From contig JANMDN010000044.1 of assembly GCA_031376285.1 (NCBI GenBank), positions 4,847 through 68,846 on the forward strand: a stretch of DNA of 64,000 nt. Reading direction: 5' to 3'. This DNA comes from Actinomycetes bacterium. GTDB taxonomy: Bacteria > Actinomycetota > Thermoleophilia > Miltoncostaeales > Miltoncostaeaceae. Position numbers and translations under genes: made by a program. Each line of letters begins with the position of its first letter. Position 1 is the stretch's first letter. Below are positions 35,914 through 44,334 of the stretch, piece after piece. The notes below the pieces were generated by a model that was not told the DNA's origin, searched no databases, and was given only the letters and a program-made list of their open reading frames with translations.

Positions 35914-35944
35914 ACCGACGGTCGCGTGCTCCGCGCAGCGGCAC

Positions 35945-36529
35945 TCATCGAAACGACCAGCGTCGGTTCAGGATGAAGTTCACCGGAGTCACGGCGGCGA
36001 TGGCGATCGCCTGCGCGGGAAGCTCCCGTGCCCCCGCGAGGACAAGGATCTCCAAAAGAGCGAGGTTCAGGCCAAGCCCGATGAGACTGACAGCGAGGTA
36101 GCGCGCCCCCTGGAGGGCCGTCGACAGATTGTGCCGGCGGAAGGTCCAAAACTTGTTCAGGAGGAAGTTGCTCAGCCAGGCGACGCAAAAGGCACCGACG
36201 GCGGCGGCGAGACGATGCGACCCGACTCGCTCGAAGAGCAGGTAGAACACGAGGAGGTTGACGACGTAGCCGGTCCCGCCAACGGTGAGGAAGCGACCAA
36301 GCTGCGCCCAGTCGTCGCGCTTTGCGCTCCGTAGGCGAGGGCGCCTCAGAACACTCGCCCGCAGGGAATCGCGCTCGAGCGGCTCGGGAAGGGCAGGGGC
36401 GGTTGCTGGTCCGTCGGTCAACGCCACATCGGTCAGGCTACCAAGAACCCCCGCGCACTCCGAGCGTGTTCGCTGAGTCTTAGCTGTTTCCCGCGCGTAC
36501 TGAGGCACTTTCGTGACCCTTCGTCGCAA
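35945..36529 (-). CDS. GtrA-family protein
   Basis: RFLTVGGTGYVVNLLVFYLL ... NFLLNKFWTFR ... NFILNRRWSFR. Start uncertain (TTG at 36529 or an internal GTG). Confidence 0.75.
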   Translation of the reverse strand: MRRRVTKVPQYARETAKTQRTRSECAGVLGSLTDVALTDGPATAPALPEPLERDSLRASVLRRPRLRSAKRDDWAQLGRFLTVGGTGYVVNLLVFYLLFERVGSHRLAAAVGAFCVAWLSNFLLNKFWTFRRHNLSTALQGARYLAVSLIGLGLNLALLEILVLAGARELPAQAIAIAAVTPVNFILNRRWSFR

Positions 36530-36585
36530 CTCGCGACACGAATTCTTGACTACGCTGGAACCGGGTGGTGGTTCGGGGTGGCCCC
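36523..36585. repeat. Family-2 element, copy B
   Basis: GTCGCaactcGCGAC hairpin plus core CTACGCTGGAACCGGGTGGTGGTTCGGGGTGGCCCC, in the divergent GtrA/aminotransferase intergenic region. Confidence 0.65.
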
Positions 36586-36674
36586 GCGCGCGAGCGGCAG
36601 GATCAAAATCGCGGCGCGCAGGAGCAGGTGCCGCAGGGGCCAGCCCGAAGGCTGTCTACACTCCTTCTCGACCA

Positions 36675-37973
36675 ATGTCTCGATTGTCCGACCACGCGTC
36701 CCCGTCCGAGCCGACCATGCGCGTCGGCCCGGCCGACGCTCGCCGATACGACGAGCGTTTCGCCGCGCGCGCGGCTCGCATCATGTCCTCGGCGATGCGC
36801 GATCTGATGGCGATCTCTGAGCGTCCCGATGTGATCTCGCTCGCGGGTGGCTTCCCCGACACCGAGTCGTTCCCGAGGGAGGTCTTCGAGGAGGTGATGG
36901 AGGTCGTCTCCAAGAACCACCTCGCCGCCGCGCTTCAGTACGGATCCACCGAGGGCCTCGTCGATCTGCGCGAGCAGATTGTCCAGATCATGGCTCACGA
37001 GGGCGTCCACGCCCGCGTCGAGGACGTCATGGTCACAAGTGGCGGCCAGCAGGCCATCGACCTCGCGATCCGCACCTTCATCGATCCGGGTGATGTCGTG
37101 CTCGCCGAGGGGCCGACCTACCCGGGTGCGGTGCCGTGCTTCACCACCTACGAAGCCGACGTCCACCACATCCCGATCGACAATGACGGCCTTCAGGTCG
37201 ACCTTGTCGAGGAGCGTCTCCTGCGTCTGCGCTCCCAGGGCAAGCGGGTGAAGCTCCTCTACACGATCCCCAACTTCCACAATCCCGGCGGCGTCACGAT
37301 GTCGCTCGAACGCCGCGAGCGCCTCGTCCAGATCGCCCACGAGCACGAGCTGCTGATCGTCGAGGACAACCCCTACGGCCAGATCCGCTTCGAAGGCGAG
37401 CCACTTCCGTCGCTCTACCAACTCGACGACGGGGCCGGCTGGGTCTTCTACACGTCGACGTTCTCGAAGATCCTCGCGCCCGGCTTGCGGATCGGTTGGG
37501 TCGTCGCGCCGCCCCCGGTGCTACGCAAGATGAACCTCGGAAAGCAGGGCGCCGACCTCTGCTCAAGCCCGATCAACCAGCGTTTCGTTCTCGAGTACCT
37601 GCGCCGCTACGACTGGCGCGACCACGTCACTCGACTGAATGGGATCTATCGGGGCCGTCGCGACGCGATGTTGCGGGCACTCGAAGAGGAGTTTCCTCCG
37701 GAGGCGACCTGGACGCGGCCAAACGGCGGCCTGTTCGTCTGGGCGACCCTTCCGGACTCGATCGACACGAAAGAGGACCTCCAGGCCAGGGCAGCGGAGC
37801 GAAGCGTCGCGTTCGTGCCCGGGGCGGCCGCCTTCCTCGACGGCCAGGGCCGTCATTCGATGCGTCTGAACTTTTCCGCGAAGCCCGAGGCCGTCATCAG
37901 TGAGGGCGTGCGGCGGCTTGGCGAAGTGGTGCGTGAGGTCATGGACCTCCAACGAGCCTTCCCGTCAAGCTGA
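36675..37973 (+). CDS. PLP-dependent aminotransferase, class I/II
   Basis: LAGGFPD ... YGSTEG ... NPYG ... STFSKILAPGLRIGW (PLP lysine). Confidence 0.85.
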   Translation: MSRLSDHASPSEPTMRVGPADARRYDERFAARAARIMSSAMRDLMAISERPDVISLAGGFPDTESFPREVFEEVMEVVSKNHLAAALQYGSTEGLVDLREQIVQIMAHEGVHARVEDVMVTSGGQQAIDLAIRTFIDPGDVVLAEGPTYPGAVPCFTTYEADVHHIPIDNDGLQVDLVEERLLRLRSQGKRVKLLYTIPNFHNPGGVTMSLERRERLVQIAHEHELLIVEDNPYGQIRFEGEPLPSLYQLDDGAGWVFYTSTFSKILAPGLRIGWVVAPPPVLRKMNLGKQGADLCSSPINQRFVLEYLRRYDWRDHVTRLNGIYRGRRDAMLRALEEEFPPEATWTRPNGGLFVWATLPDSIDTKEDLQARAAERSVAFVPGAAAFLDGQGRHSMRLNFSAKPEAVISEGVRRLGEVVREVMDLQRAFPSS

Positions 37974-38911
37974 TGCGCGTCGCGGTCCTCAAGGGGGGGC
38001 GCTCGCTCGAGCGCGAAGTGTCCCTGCGCTCGGGCACGAACGTCGAAGGCGCCCTTCGGCGGCTCGGCCACGAGGTGATCGCCATCGACGTCGACCAGCA
38101 CCTGATTCGGACCCTCCGCGCAGACCGTCCAGATGTCGCATTCATTGCGATGCACGGGCGCGGTGGTGAGGACGGAACGATTCAGGAACTCCTCGAGATC
38201 CTCGGGATCCCGTACACCGGGTCGGGCGTCTCGGCCAGCGCGCGAGCCATGGACAAGGTCGTTGCCAAGGGTGCCTTCTCCGCGATTGACGTGCCGACGC
38301 CCGCCTTTCACGCCTTCAGCCGCACGGCATTCCAGGAGCTCGGCGCGGCCGACCTTCTGGGCGAGATCGTCGAACAGATCGGCCTCCCCGTGGTCGTCAA
38401 GCCCGCCAAGCAGGGCTCCGCGCTCGGGATCAAGGTCGCGGCGTCCCAAGCGGAGCTGCCCGGTGCGCTCGTCGCCGCGCTCTCCTACGACGATCGTGTG
38501 CTCGTCGAGCAGTTCATCGCGGGCCGAGAGCTTGCCGTTTCGGTGCTCGGCACGGGTGATGACGCTTGGGCACTGCCTGTGGTCGAGGCGATTCCTCGCG
38601 AGCGTGCCTTCTACGATTTCGAGTCGCGCTACACACCGGGAATGACCGACCTCGTCTGCCCGGCTGACCTCCCCGACACGATCGCGCAGGAGGCGGCCCG
38701 CTTGGCGCTTGCCTGCTACCGGACACTTCGCTGCCGAGGGTTCGGTCGCGTCGACATGCTCCTCGACGGGTCCGGCGCACTCTGGGTACTTGAGCTGAAC
38801 ACGATCCCGGGCATGACCGACACGAGCCTCCTGCCAATGGCCGCAGAGGCCGCGGGTCTTGGCTTCGACGAGGTCGTGTCGCGGATTCTCGAACGAGCCG
38901 CGCTCGGATGA
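37973..38911 (+). CDS. ddl: D-alanine--D-alanine ligase
   Basis: VAVLKGGRSLEREVSLRSG ... HGRGGEDGTIQELLE ... ELNTIPGMT. Confidence 0.92.
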   Translation: MRVAVLKGGRSLEREVSLRSGTNVEGALRRLGHEVIAIDVDQHLIRTLRADRPDVAFIAMHGRGGEDGTIQELLEILGIPYTGSGVSASARAMDKVVAKGAFSAIDVPTPAFHAFSRTAFQELGAADLLGEIVEQIGLPVVVKPAKQGSALGIKVAASQAELPGALVAALSYDDRVLVEQFIAGRELAVSVLGTGDDAWALPVVEAIPRERAFYDFESRYTPGMTDLVCPADLPDTIAQEAARLALACYRTLRCRGFGRVDMLLDGSGALWVLELNTIPGMTDTSLLPMAAEAAGLGFDEVVSRILERAALG

Positions 38912-40023
38912 CCTTGCGTTGGGTCGCGGTCGGCGCCGCGGCGCTTGCAGCCGCAACGGTTGCCGCCGGAGCGCCGCCGAACGACCGCGTCGCTGACCTC
39001 GCGGCGAAGGCCGAGCGGCTGCGCGGCCTCACCCTGACGCGCCCGCTCGATGTTCGAACGCTCGATCGGGCAGAGCTTGGGGCGGAGCTCACTCGGCTCC
39101 TCAAGGCCCATCCCGACCCCGAACTCGGCCCGGCCTACGACGACCTCTATCACCTGCTTGGGGTCCTAAAACCCGATCAGCATGTGCGAGAGATCCTGCT
39201 CTCTGGTCTCACCGATCAGATCGCTGGGCTCTACGACAACTACACCAAGCGGCTGCTCCTCATCAGCTCGGGCGGGGCTGAGGCAACCGACGGCACCGTT
39301 GTCCACGAAATCGTCCACGCAATCCAGGATCAGCGTTTCGATCTCTCGTCGCGTCGCTTTCAGCCGCCTCCGACCGAGCGGGACGCGTCACGCGCCGCCC
39401 AGGCCCTCGCCGAGGGTGACGCCCTGGAGACGCAGACGCGCTTCATCGCCGAGTCGGGGCTCAGCGGTGCCCTCGGAGAGTTCTTTGGGGCGATCGGTCA
39501 GGCCGGTGGCGGTACCGGTTCGAACCTTCCCCCGTACTTCCAGCGCGAGCTGGTCCAGCCCTATCTCGCAGGCCAGGCGTTCGTGTCGGAGCTGCGCCGC
39601 CGCGGCGGGCAGCGGCTTGTCGACAAGGCATTCCGCATGCCTCCGAGAACCACCGCCGCAGTCCTTGATCCCGCACGCTACCTGGCTGGCGACCCGCCGC
39701 CGGTTGCGATCAAACTCGCGGCGGTGCCGCGCGGTTGGAAGCGCATCATCTCGACGACGTTCGGCGCTGCCGACCTCAGCGATCTTGTGGGAGACGCGGA
39801 CGCGACCCAGGAGTGGCGCGGAGGTCGGCTGGCGCTTGACGTCAACGGCCGGCGCCGACGCCTCAGGATCACGCTCGCGGTCAAGAGCCCCGGACCAGTC
39901 GTCAAGGCACTTCGGGCGGCCTTGCCAAAACGGGCCGTCATTTCCCTCGCACTGACCAAGTCCGCGTCAACAACAACCCCAACGACCGGCGTGGTCGTCG
40001 CCATAAGCGGGAACACGGCGTGA
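38908..40023 (+). CDS. Secreted hypothetical HExxH protein
   Basis: Signal peptide, then VVHEIVHAIQDQ. Confidence 0.5.
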   Translation: MTLRWVAVGAAALAAATVAAGAPPNDRVADLAAKAERLRGLTLTRPLDVRTLDRAELGAELTRLLKAHPDPELGPAYDDLYHLLGVLKPDQHVREILLSGLTDQIAGLYDNYTKRLLLISSGGAEATDGTVVHEIVHAIQDQRFDLSSRRFQPPPTERDASRAAQALAEGDALETQTRFIAESGLSGALGEFFGAIGQAGGGTGSNLPPYFQRELVQPYLAGQAFVSELRRRGGQRLVDKAFRMPPRTTAAVLDPARYLAGDPPPVAIKLAAVPRGWKRIISTTFGAADLSDLVGDADATQEWRGGRLALDVNGRRRRLRITLAVKSPGPVVKALRAALPKRAVISLALTKSASTTTPTTGVVVAISGNTA

Positions 40024-40811
40024 GCGAGTACGCCGGGAGGGTCCTCGTCGAGCCGGCCGGTCCGGTGCTGGTGCTTCGGATCTCAAACCCCGAGCGCGCG
40101 AACGCCCTTGACGACGTCATCCTCGACGGGCTCGAGGCCGCGCTTGCGGGACCCGAGATCGAGCGGGCCCGTGTCGTGCTCCTCACCGGCGCGGGTGAGC
40201 GGGCATTCTCGGCGGGTGTTGCCATCGATCCTGGGGACGGGGCGGAGCAGACCGAATGCCTCCGGCGTCGCGAGGCGAGCCTCTCGCGGGTTGCCGCGGC
40301 CATCGAACGCGCCCCCAGGCCGGTCATCGCGGTCGTGAACGGCGCCGCGATGGGTGGTGGCCTTGATCTCGCCGCAGCCTGCGACTGGCGCATCGCCTCA
40401 CCGACGGCCCGCTTTGCGATGCCCCCCGGTCGTCTCGGGGTGGTCTACCTCGCCCGCGGCCTGCGTCGCTTCGTCGCCCTCGTCGGCACCGCCCACGCAC
40501 AGGAGCTGTTCCTGACCGCGCGGGTGATGCGGCCCGAGGAGGCGCTTCGCATCGGCCTCGTCAACGAGATCGTTCCCGCCGACCGGCTGTGGGAGCGCGC
40601 GACCGAGATGGCGCTCGCGGTGGCGGAGCTGGCCCCGATCGCGGTCGCGGGAACGCGGGCGACGATCCACGCCATCGCCTCGGGCGAGTCGATCGAAGGT
40701 GTCGACCGGCTGAACGAACGCTGGCGCGAGGAGGCCTACGGCTCCTCAGACCTCGTCGAGGGGCTCTCGGCCTTCGCGGACCGTCGCGCCCCCAAGTTCA
40801 CGGGCGAGTAG
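40020..40811 (+). CDS. Enoyl-CoA hydratase/isomerase (crotonase) family protein
   Basis: LTGAGERAFSAG ... AVVNGAAMGGGLDLAAACD. Confidence 0.85.
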   Translation: MSEYAGRVLVEPAGPVLVLRISNPERANALDDVILDGLEAALAGPEIERARVVLLTGAGERAFSAGVAIDPGDGAEQTECLRRREASLSRVAAAIERAPRPVIAVVNGAAMGGGLDLAAACDWRIASPTARFAMPPGRLGVVYLARGLRRFVALVGTAHAQELFLTARVMRPEEALRIGLVNEIVPADRLWERATEMALAVAELAPIAVAGTRATIHAIASGESIEGVDRLNERWREEAYGSSDLVEGLSAFADRRAPKFTGE

Positions 40812-41974
40812 CCCAGCCATGTCGCCGCGAGGTAGGCGCCCGCAGCCGCGAGAATCCCGGCCGGAAGCGCGACGCCAACGCCTGCGGCATTCAGACCGAG
40901 GCCCACAACAAGACCAGCCGCCCACGACGCGATGCCGGCAGCCCGCCAGTTGAGATTGCCACGAGGCGACCTCCGACCCCACGTGTGAATCCAGCAGATG
41001 GCGGCAAGCGGTGGTCCGGCAAGGGCCATCGTGGTCAGATACGGCAGCATCCAACGCGAGAAATGCAGCGCCGCAAGCGCCGTCCCGACGACCGCGACCA
41101 GGCAAAGTCCGATCCGGTAGCCGATCCGCGGGGCGACGTCCGAGAGTGAGAGGGCGCCGGAGTAGAGGTTGCTCATGACCGACCCGGTGAAGCCGATCGC
41201 GACGAACAGGTAGGCGATGGTGGGGCTTCCGAGGTCGCGCAGGACGTCGGCGAGGTTCCAGGTCCCGGTCGACTGCTGGAGCGCCGCCCCGACGAGCCCG
41301 AAGAGCACGAGCGGTGCGGCAAGGCCCGCCAAGGCACACCAGATCACCTGACGCGGCCGTTCCAGGTCATGGGTGAAGTCCGGCGTGCGAAGCGCAAACG
41401 CGGCGCCGTAGCCGAGCACAAGAGCGACCGAGGGGACGACACCGATCGGCTCGAGGGCACGCCCGTCGCCAATGAGTGTGAGGTCGCGCTCGCTCACGAC
41501 GATCCGGATCCCCTCGACCGCGATCAGGACGGTGGCGATGCCGGCGGCGAGCGCTGACCACGAGAGCGCGTTCACCCCGAACCAGGTCACCGACAGCATG
41601 CCGAGGGCAACGAGGGCCATCCCGACTCGGTCGGGCACGCCGATGAGCCGCCCGAGGGCGGTGCCAGCCACGCTGACGTTGAGCGCGAACCAGCCGAGCA
41701 TCATCGCGAGGATGGCTGGCGACGCGAACCGTCGGCTTCCCAGGAGGCCAAGTGGACCGCTCGTGATGGAAAGGAGCGCCGACCGGGTTTTCTGTCCGAT
41801 CAGGCCTTGGGTCACGGCGATGGCGGCCAGGGCTACCGTCCCGACCAAAAGCGAGACGAGCAGCTTCCAGCCCTCGACGCCCTGTGCGAGCCCTCCGCCC
41901 ATCATCATCGCCGCGGGGCTTGTGCCGATCCCAGCCCAGGGTCCAACCCGTCCGATCCAGCCCTTCTGCGTCAA
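40736..41974 (-). CDS. NCS1/purine-cytosine-type permease
   Basis: About 12 TM profile and a CodB-like N-terminus. Family assignment is by general resemblance only. Confidence 0.6.
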   Translation of the reverse strand: MTQKGWIGRVGPWAGIGTSPAAMMMGGGLAQGVEGWKLLVSLLVGTVALAAIAVTQGLIGQKTRSALLSITSGPLGLLGSRRFASPAILAMMLGWFALNVSVAGTALGRLIGVPDRVGMALVALGMLSVTWFGVNALSWSALAAGIATVLIAVEGIRIVVSERDLTLIGDGRALEPIGVVPSVALVLGYGAAFALRTPDFTHDLERPRQVIWCALAGLAAPLVLFGLVGAALQQSTGTWNLADVLRDLGSPTIAYLFVAIGFTGSVMSNLYSGALSLSDVAPRIGYRIGLCLVAVVGTALAALHFSRWMLPYLTTMALAGPPLAAICWIHTWGRRSPRGNLNWRAAGIASWAAGLVVGLGLNAAGVGVALPAGILAAAGAYLAATWLGYSPVNLGARRSAKAESPSTRSEEP

Positions 41975-43164
41975 CGGCCGGGGCCGTGGAGCCCGAATTG
42001 GAGGTCGGGGTCGCCGGGTCGCCAGGTGCCATGGAACTGCGATCGTTCGCCGATCTCCCGCGCTCGCGCAACGAGGTTCGCGCCGAGAGTGAGCTGCCCA
42101 GGCTCCCAGCGCTCGAGCGCTGCCGCGACCTCACCGGTCGCTTCAATTGCGGCCGCAAGCGCCCACGCGTTCTCGGCCGCCTTCGCCGTGCCCGCGGCCG
42201 CGTGGGGGCGCGCGGTAAAGGCCCCGTCGCCGAGAATCGCCACGCGGCCGAAGGCCATCTTGGGCGACTCGACATCGACGATTGCTTGAACGAACGGCTG
42301 CGGTGTACGAATCACCATTTCGGCGAGCTGGGGCGGCAGCTCGCGGAGTGCGGTCTCGCGGATCGCCGCGACGTAGCGCTCCTGGACGATCCCAGGGTGG
42401 AGCGACAAGGGTCGGTGGAGGCCGTCGCGGTCGGTCATCAGTTCGTCGAGCGCCGTCCCGGCCGCGACGTTGCGGTACCAGACGAAGTTGACGAGGCGCT
42501 CACCGTCCGCCATCTGACCGGCCACACTTGGGATTTGGTACGCCACGATATGGCTGCGCTCGACAAGCGCGTACGTGATGGCGTCGCCGAGCGTCGCGAA
42601 CGTTTCGGGGCTCAGAAGCGACTCGGCGACGGTGCCACGCCAACCCACGTATCCGGAGTAGGTGGGCTCGACCTCGGGCATGAGTCGCCGCCGTGCGGTC
42701 GAGGCGACGCCGTCGGCGCAGACGAGGAGGTCGTAGCGTCCCGAGGCCCCGTTCGCGAAGCGCACGTCGACGCCCGCAGCGTCCTGGTCGAAGCCAACAA
42801 GTGCGTGACCCAAGTGGTACCGGCTGGCGCCGAGTTCCCCGTGGAGCGCGCGAAAGACGGTATTCCAGGCGGTGAAGCGGTACGGACTCGGCCGCTCGAA
42901 CGTCACCGCACCGTCCGGTCCGAGGTACTGGAGCGAGCGCGACGGCACGCTGATGTCCCCGAGCTCGGTCCCGAGCCGCTCAACCAAGTACCGGACCGTC
43001 GCCTCGTGAACGACGATGCCCGCGCCAAAGCCGGAAAGCTCCACGCCGGAGCGCTCGAAGACGTCGACCTCACAACCAATGTCGCGCAGCACGAGGGCGG
43101 TGGTCAGGCCGCCGAGTGAACCGCCGGCGACCGCGACGCGTATCGTTTCAGGGAGACGATTCAT
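41971..43164 (-). CDS. FAD-dependent aromatic-ring monooxygenase
   Basis: VAVAGGSLGGLTTAL dinucleotide fold ... GDGAFTARPHAAAGTAKA. Confidence 0.8.
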   Translation of the reverse strand: MNRLPETIRVAVAGGSLGGLTTALVLRDIGCEVDVFERSGVELSGFGAGIVVHEATVRYLVERLGTELGDISVPSRSLQYLGPDGAVTFERPSPYRFTAWNTVFRALHGELGASRYHLGHALVGFDQDAAGVDVRFANGASGRYDLLVCADGVASTARRRLMPEVEPTYSGYVGWRGTVAESLLSPETFATLGDAITYALVERSHIVAYQIPSVAGQMADGERLVNFVWYRNVAAGTALDELMTDRDGLHRPLSLHPGIVQERYVAAIRETALRELPPQLAEMVIRTPQPFVQAIVDVESPKMAFGRVAILGDGAFTARPHAAAGTAKAAENAWALAAAIEATGEVAAALERWEPGQLTLGANLVARAREIGERSQFHGTWRPGDPDLQFGLHGPGR

Positions 43165-43235
43165 CGGCGGATCTTGACGGTTCGGGCAGATCCATGCGGC
43201 GACCGCGTTCAATGCCATTCACCGGAGGAAGTCAC

Positions 43236-43745
43236 GTGAGTTTCGAGATCACACCAATCGGCGGTCCGGGGTCAGACGCGGCCTTCAGGATCGAATCAAG
43301 AACGCCAGCGGCCTCGCTGTCGTCACTTGCCCCGGAGTACCGCTCCCTTCTTGATTCGGCGACCTACATCACCCTCGGCATGACCGACAAGGCCGGGCGA
43401 GTGCAGCTCACCCCGATGTGGTTTCGCGTCGCGCCCGACGGGGAGCACCTCGAGATCAACACGGGCAAGGGCCGTGCCAAGGATCGCCACATGCGCCGCG
43501 ATGGCCGCGTGACGATCCAGATTCCAAACCCCGAGAACCCGTATCACTGGGTGACGGTCTACGGCCAAGTCGTCGACATCATCGAGGAATCCGATGCGGC
43601 GCGGGGGAACCTCGCGACCGAGTCGATCGACGCCCTCTCCGAGCGCTACATCAACCAGCGGCCGTACCCGTTCCGGGGTGAGGGTGAGGAGCGGGTGCTC
43701 TTCATGATCGCCCCGACCCAAGTCGTGACCTTCGGCGCCCCATAA
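43236..43745 (+). CDS. PPOX-class (pyridoxamine 5'-phosphate oxidase-like, possibly F420-dependent) protein
   Basis: GTG after GGAGGA; split-barrel pattern YITLGMTDKAGRVQLTPMWF ... DGRVTIQI. Confidence 0.65.
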   Translation: MSFEITPIGGPGSDAAFRIESRTPAASLSSLAPEYRSLLDSATYITLGMTDKAGRVQLTPMWFRVAPDGEHLEINTGKGRAKDRHMRRDGRVTIQIPNPENPYHWVTVYGQVVDIIEESDAARGNLATESIDALSERYINQRPYPFRGEGEERVLFMIAPTQVVTFGAP

Positions 43746-43749
43746 GTCA

Positions 43750-44223
43750 ATGGGGGCCGTCGGCGTCAATCACGTCAGCATCAGCGCGAACCGGCTCGAC
43801 GAGTCGGTCCGCTTCTATGTCGAGGTCTTCGGCCTTGAACCGGTCGCGACCCCGGAGTTCGGCTTTCCAGTTCAGTGGCTTCGCCTCGGTGCGAGCCAGC
43901 TGCATATCTTCGAGCGCCCCGGCATCGACGTCCCGACCCATCACCACCTGGCGCTGAACGTCGACGACTTCCCGGGGGTGCTCCGCGAGGTCCGACGACG
44001 CGGCGTCGAAGATCGCGTGGCCTTCGGCCACTGGCTCTACCGGCTCCCCGACGGCGCGGCGCAGATGTACCTGCGCGACCCGGGCGGCAACCTCGTCGAG
44101 GTGAACTGGCCAGCGATCGACGAGATCGACCCGACGCTCACCGCTGAGGCGCGCCCGCTACCGCGACCCCAAGAGGGCGAAGCGGCAACGGCGACACTCT
44201 TCCTGGATCGCCGCCAGTCCTGA
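43750..44223 (+). CDS. VOC/glyoxalase-family protein
   Basis: VNHVSISANRLDESVRFYVEVFGL ... HHLALNV ... YLRDPGGNLVEV. Confidence 0.8.
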   Translation: MGAVGVNHVSISANRLDESVRFYVEVFGLEPVATPEFGFPVQWLRLGASQLHIFERPGIDVPTHHHLALNVDDFPGVLREVRRRGVEDRVAFGHWLYRLPDGAAQMYLRDPGGNLVEVNWPAIDEIDPTLTAEARPLPRPQEGEAATATLFLDRRQS

Positions 44224-44247
44224 CCGTGAACGCGGCGGCCGGCCCTG

Positions 44248-44278
44248 AGTTTCACGTTGTGAGAAATTGGTGCCAGGC
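44248..44278 (+). repeat. Family-3 element, copy 1
   Basis: AGTTTCACGTTGTGAGAAATTGGTGCCAGGC matches AGTTTCACATTGTGAGGCTTCGGTGCCAGGC at 45892-45922, in the same orientation. Confidence 0.55.
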
Positions 44279-44334
44279 GCGTCCGATCGTCAGTGCACGC
44301 CGCGCCACCGTAGGCACCTGGTAGGGCTTCCGAT

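Noticed and set aside
40736-40811. 76-nt convergent overlap between the crotonase and permease genes
   Set aside because: It is most likely just a long unconserved C-terminal tail on the permease ORF running to the first stop. Nothing else about it is unusual.
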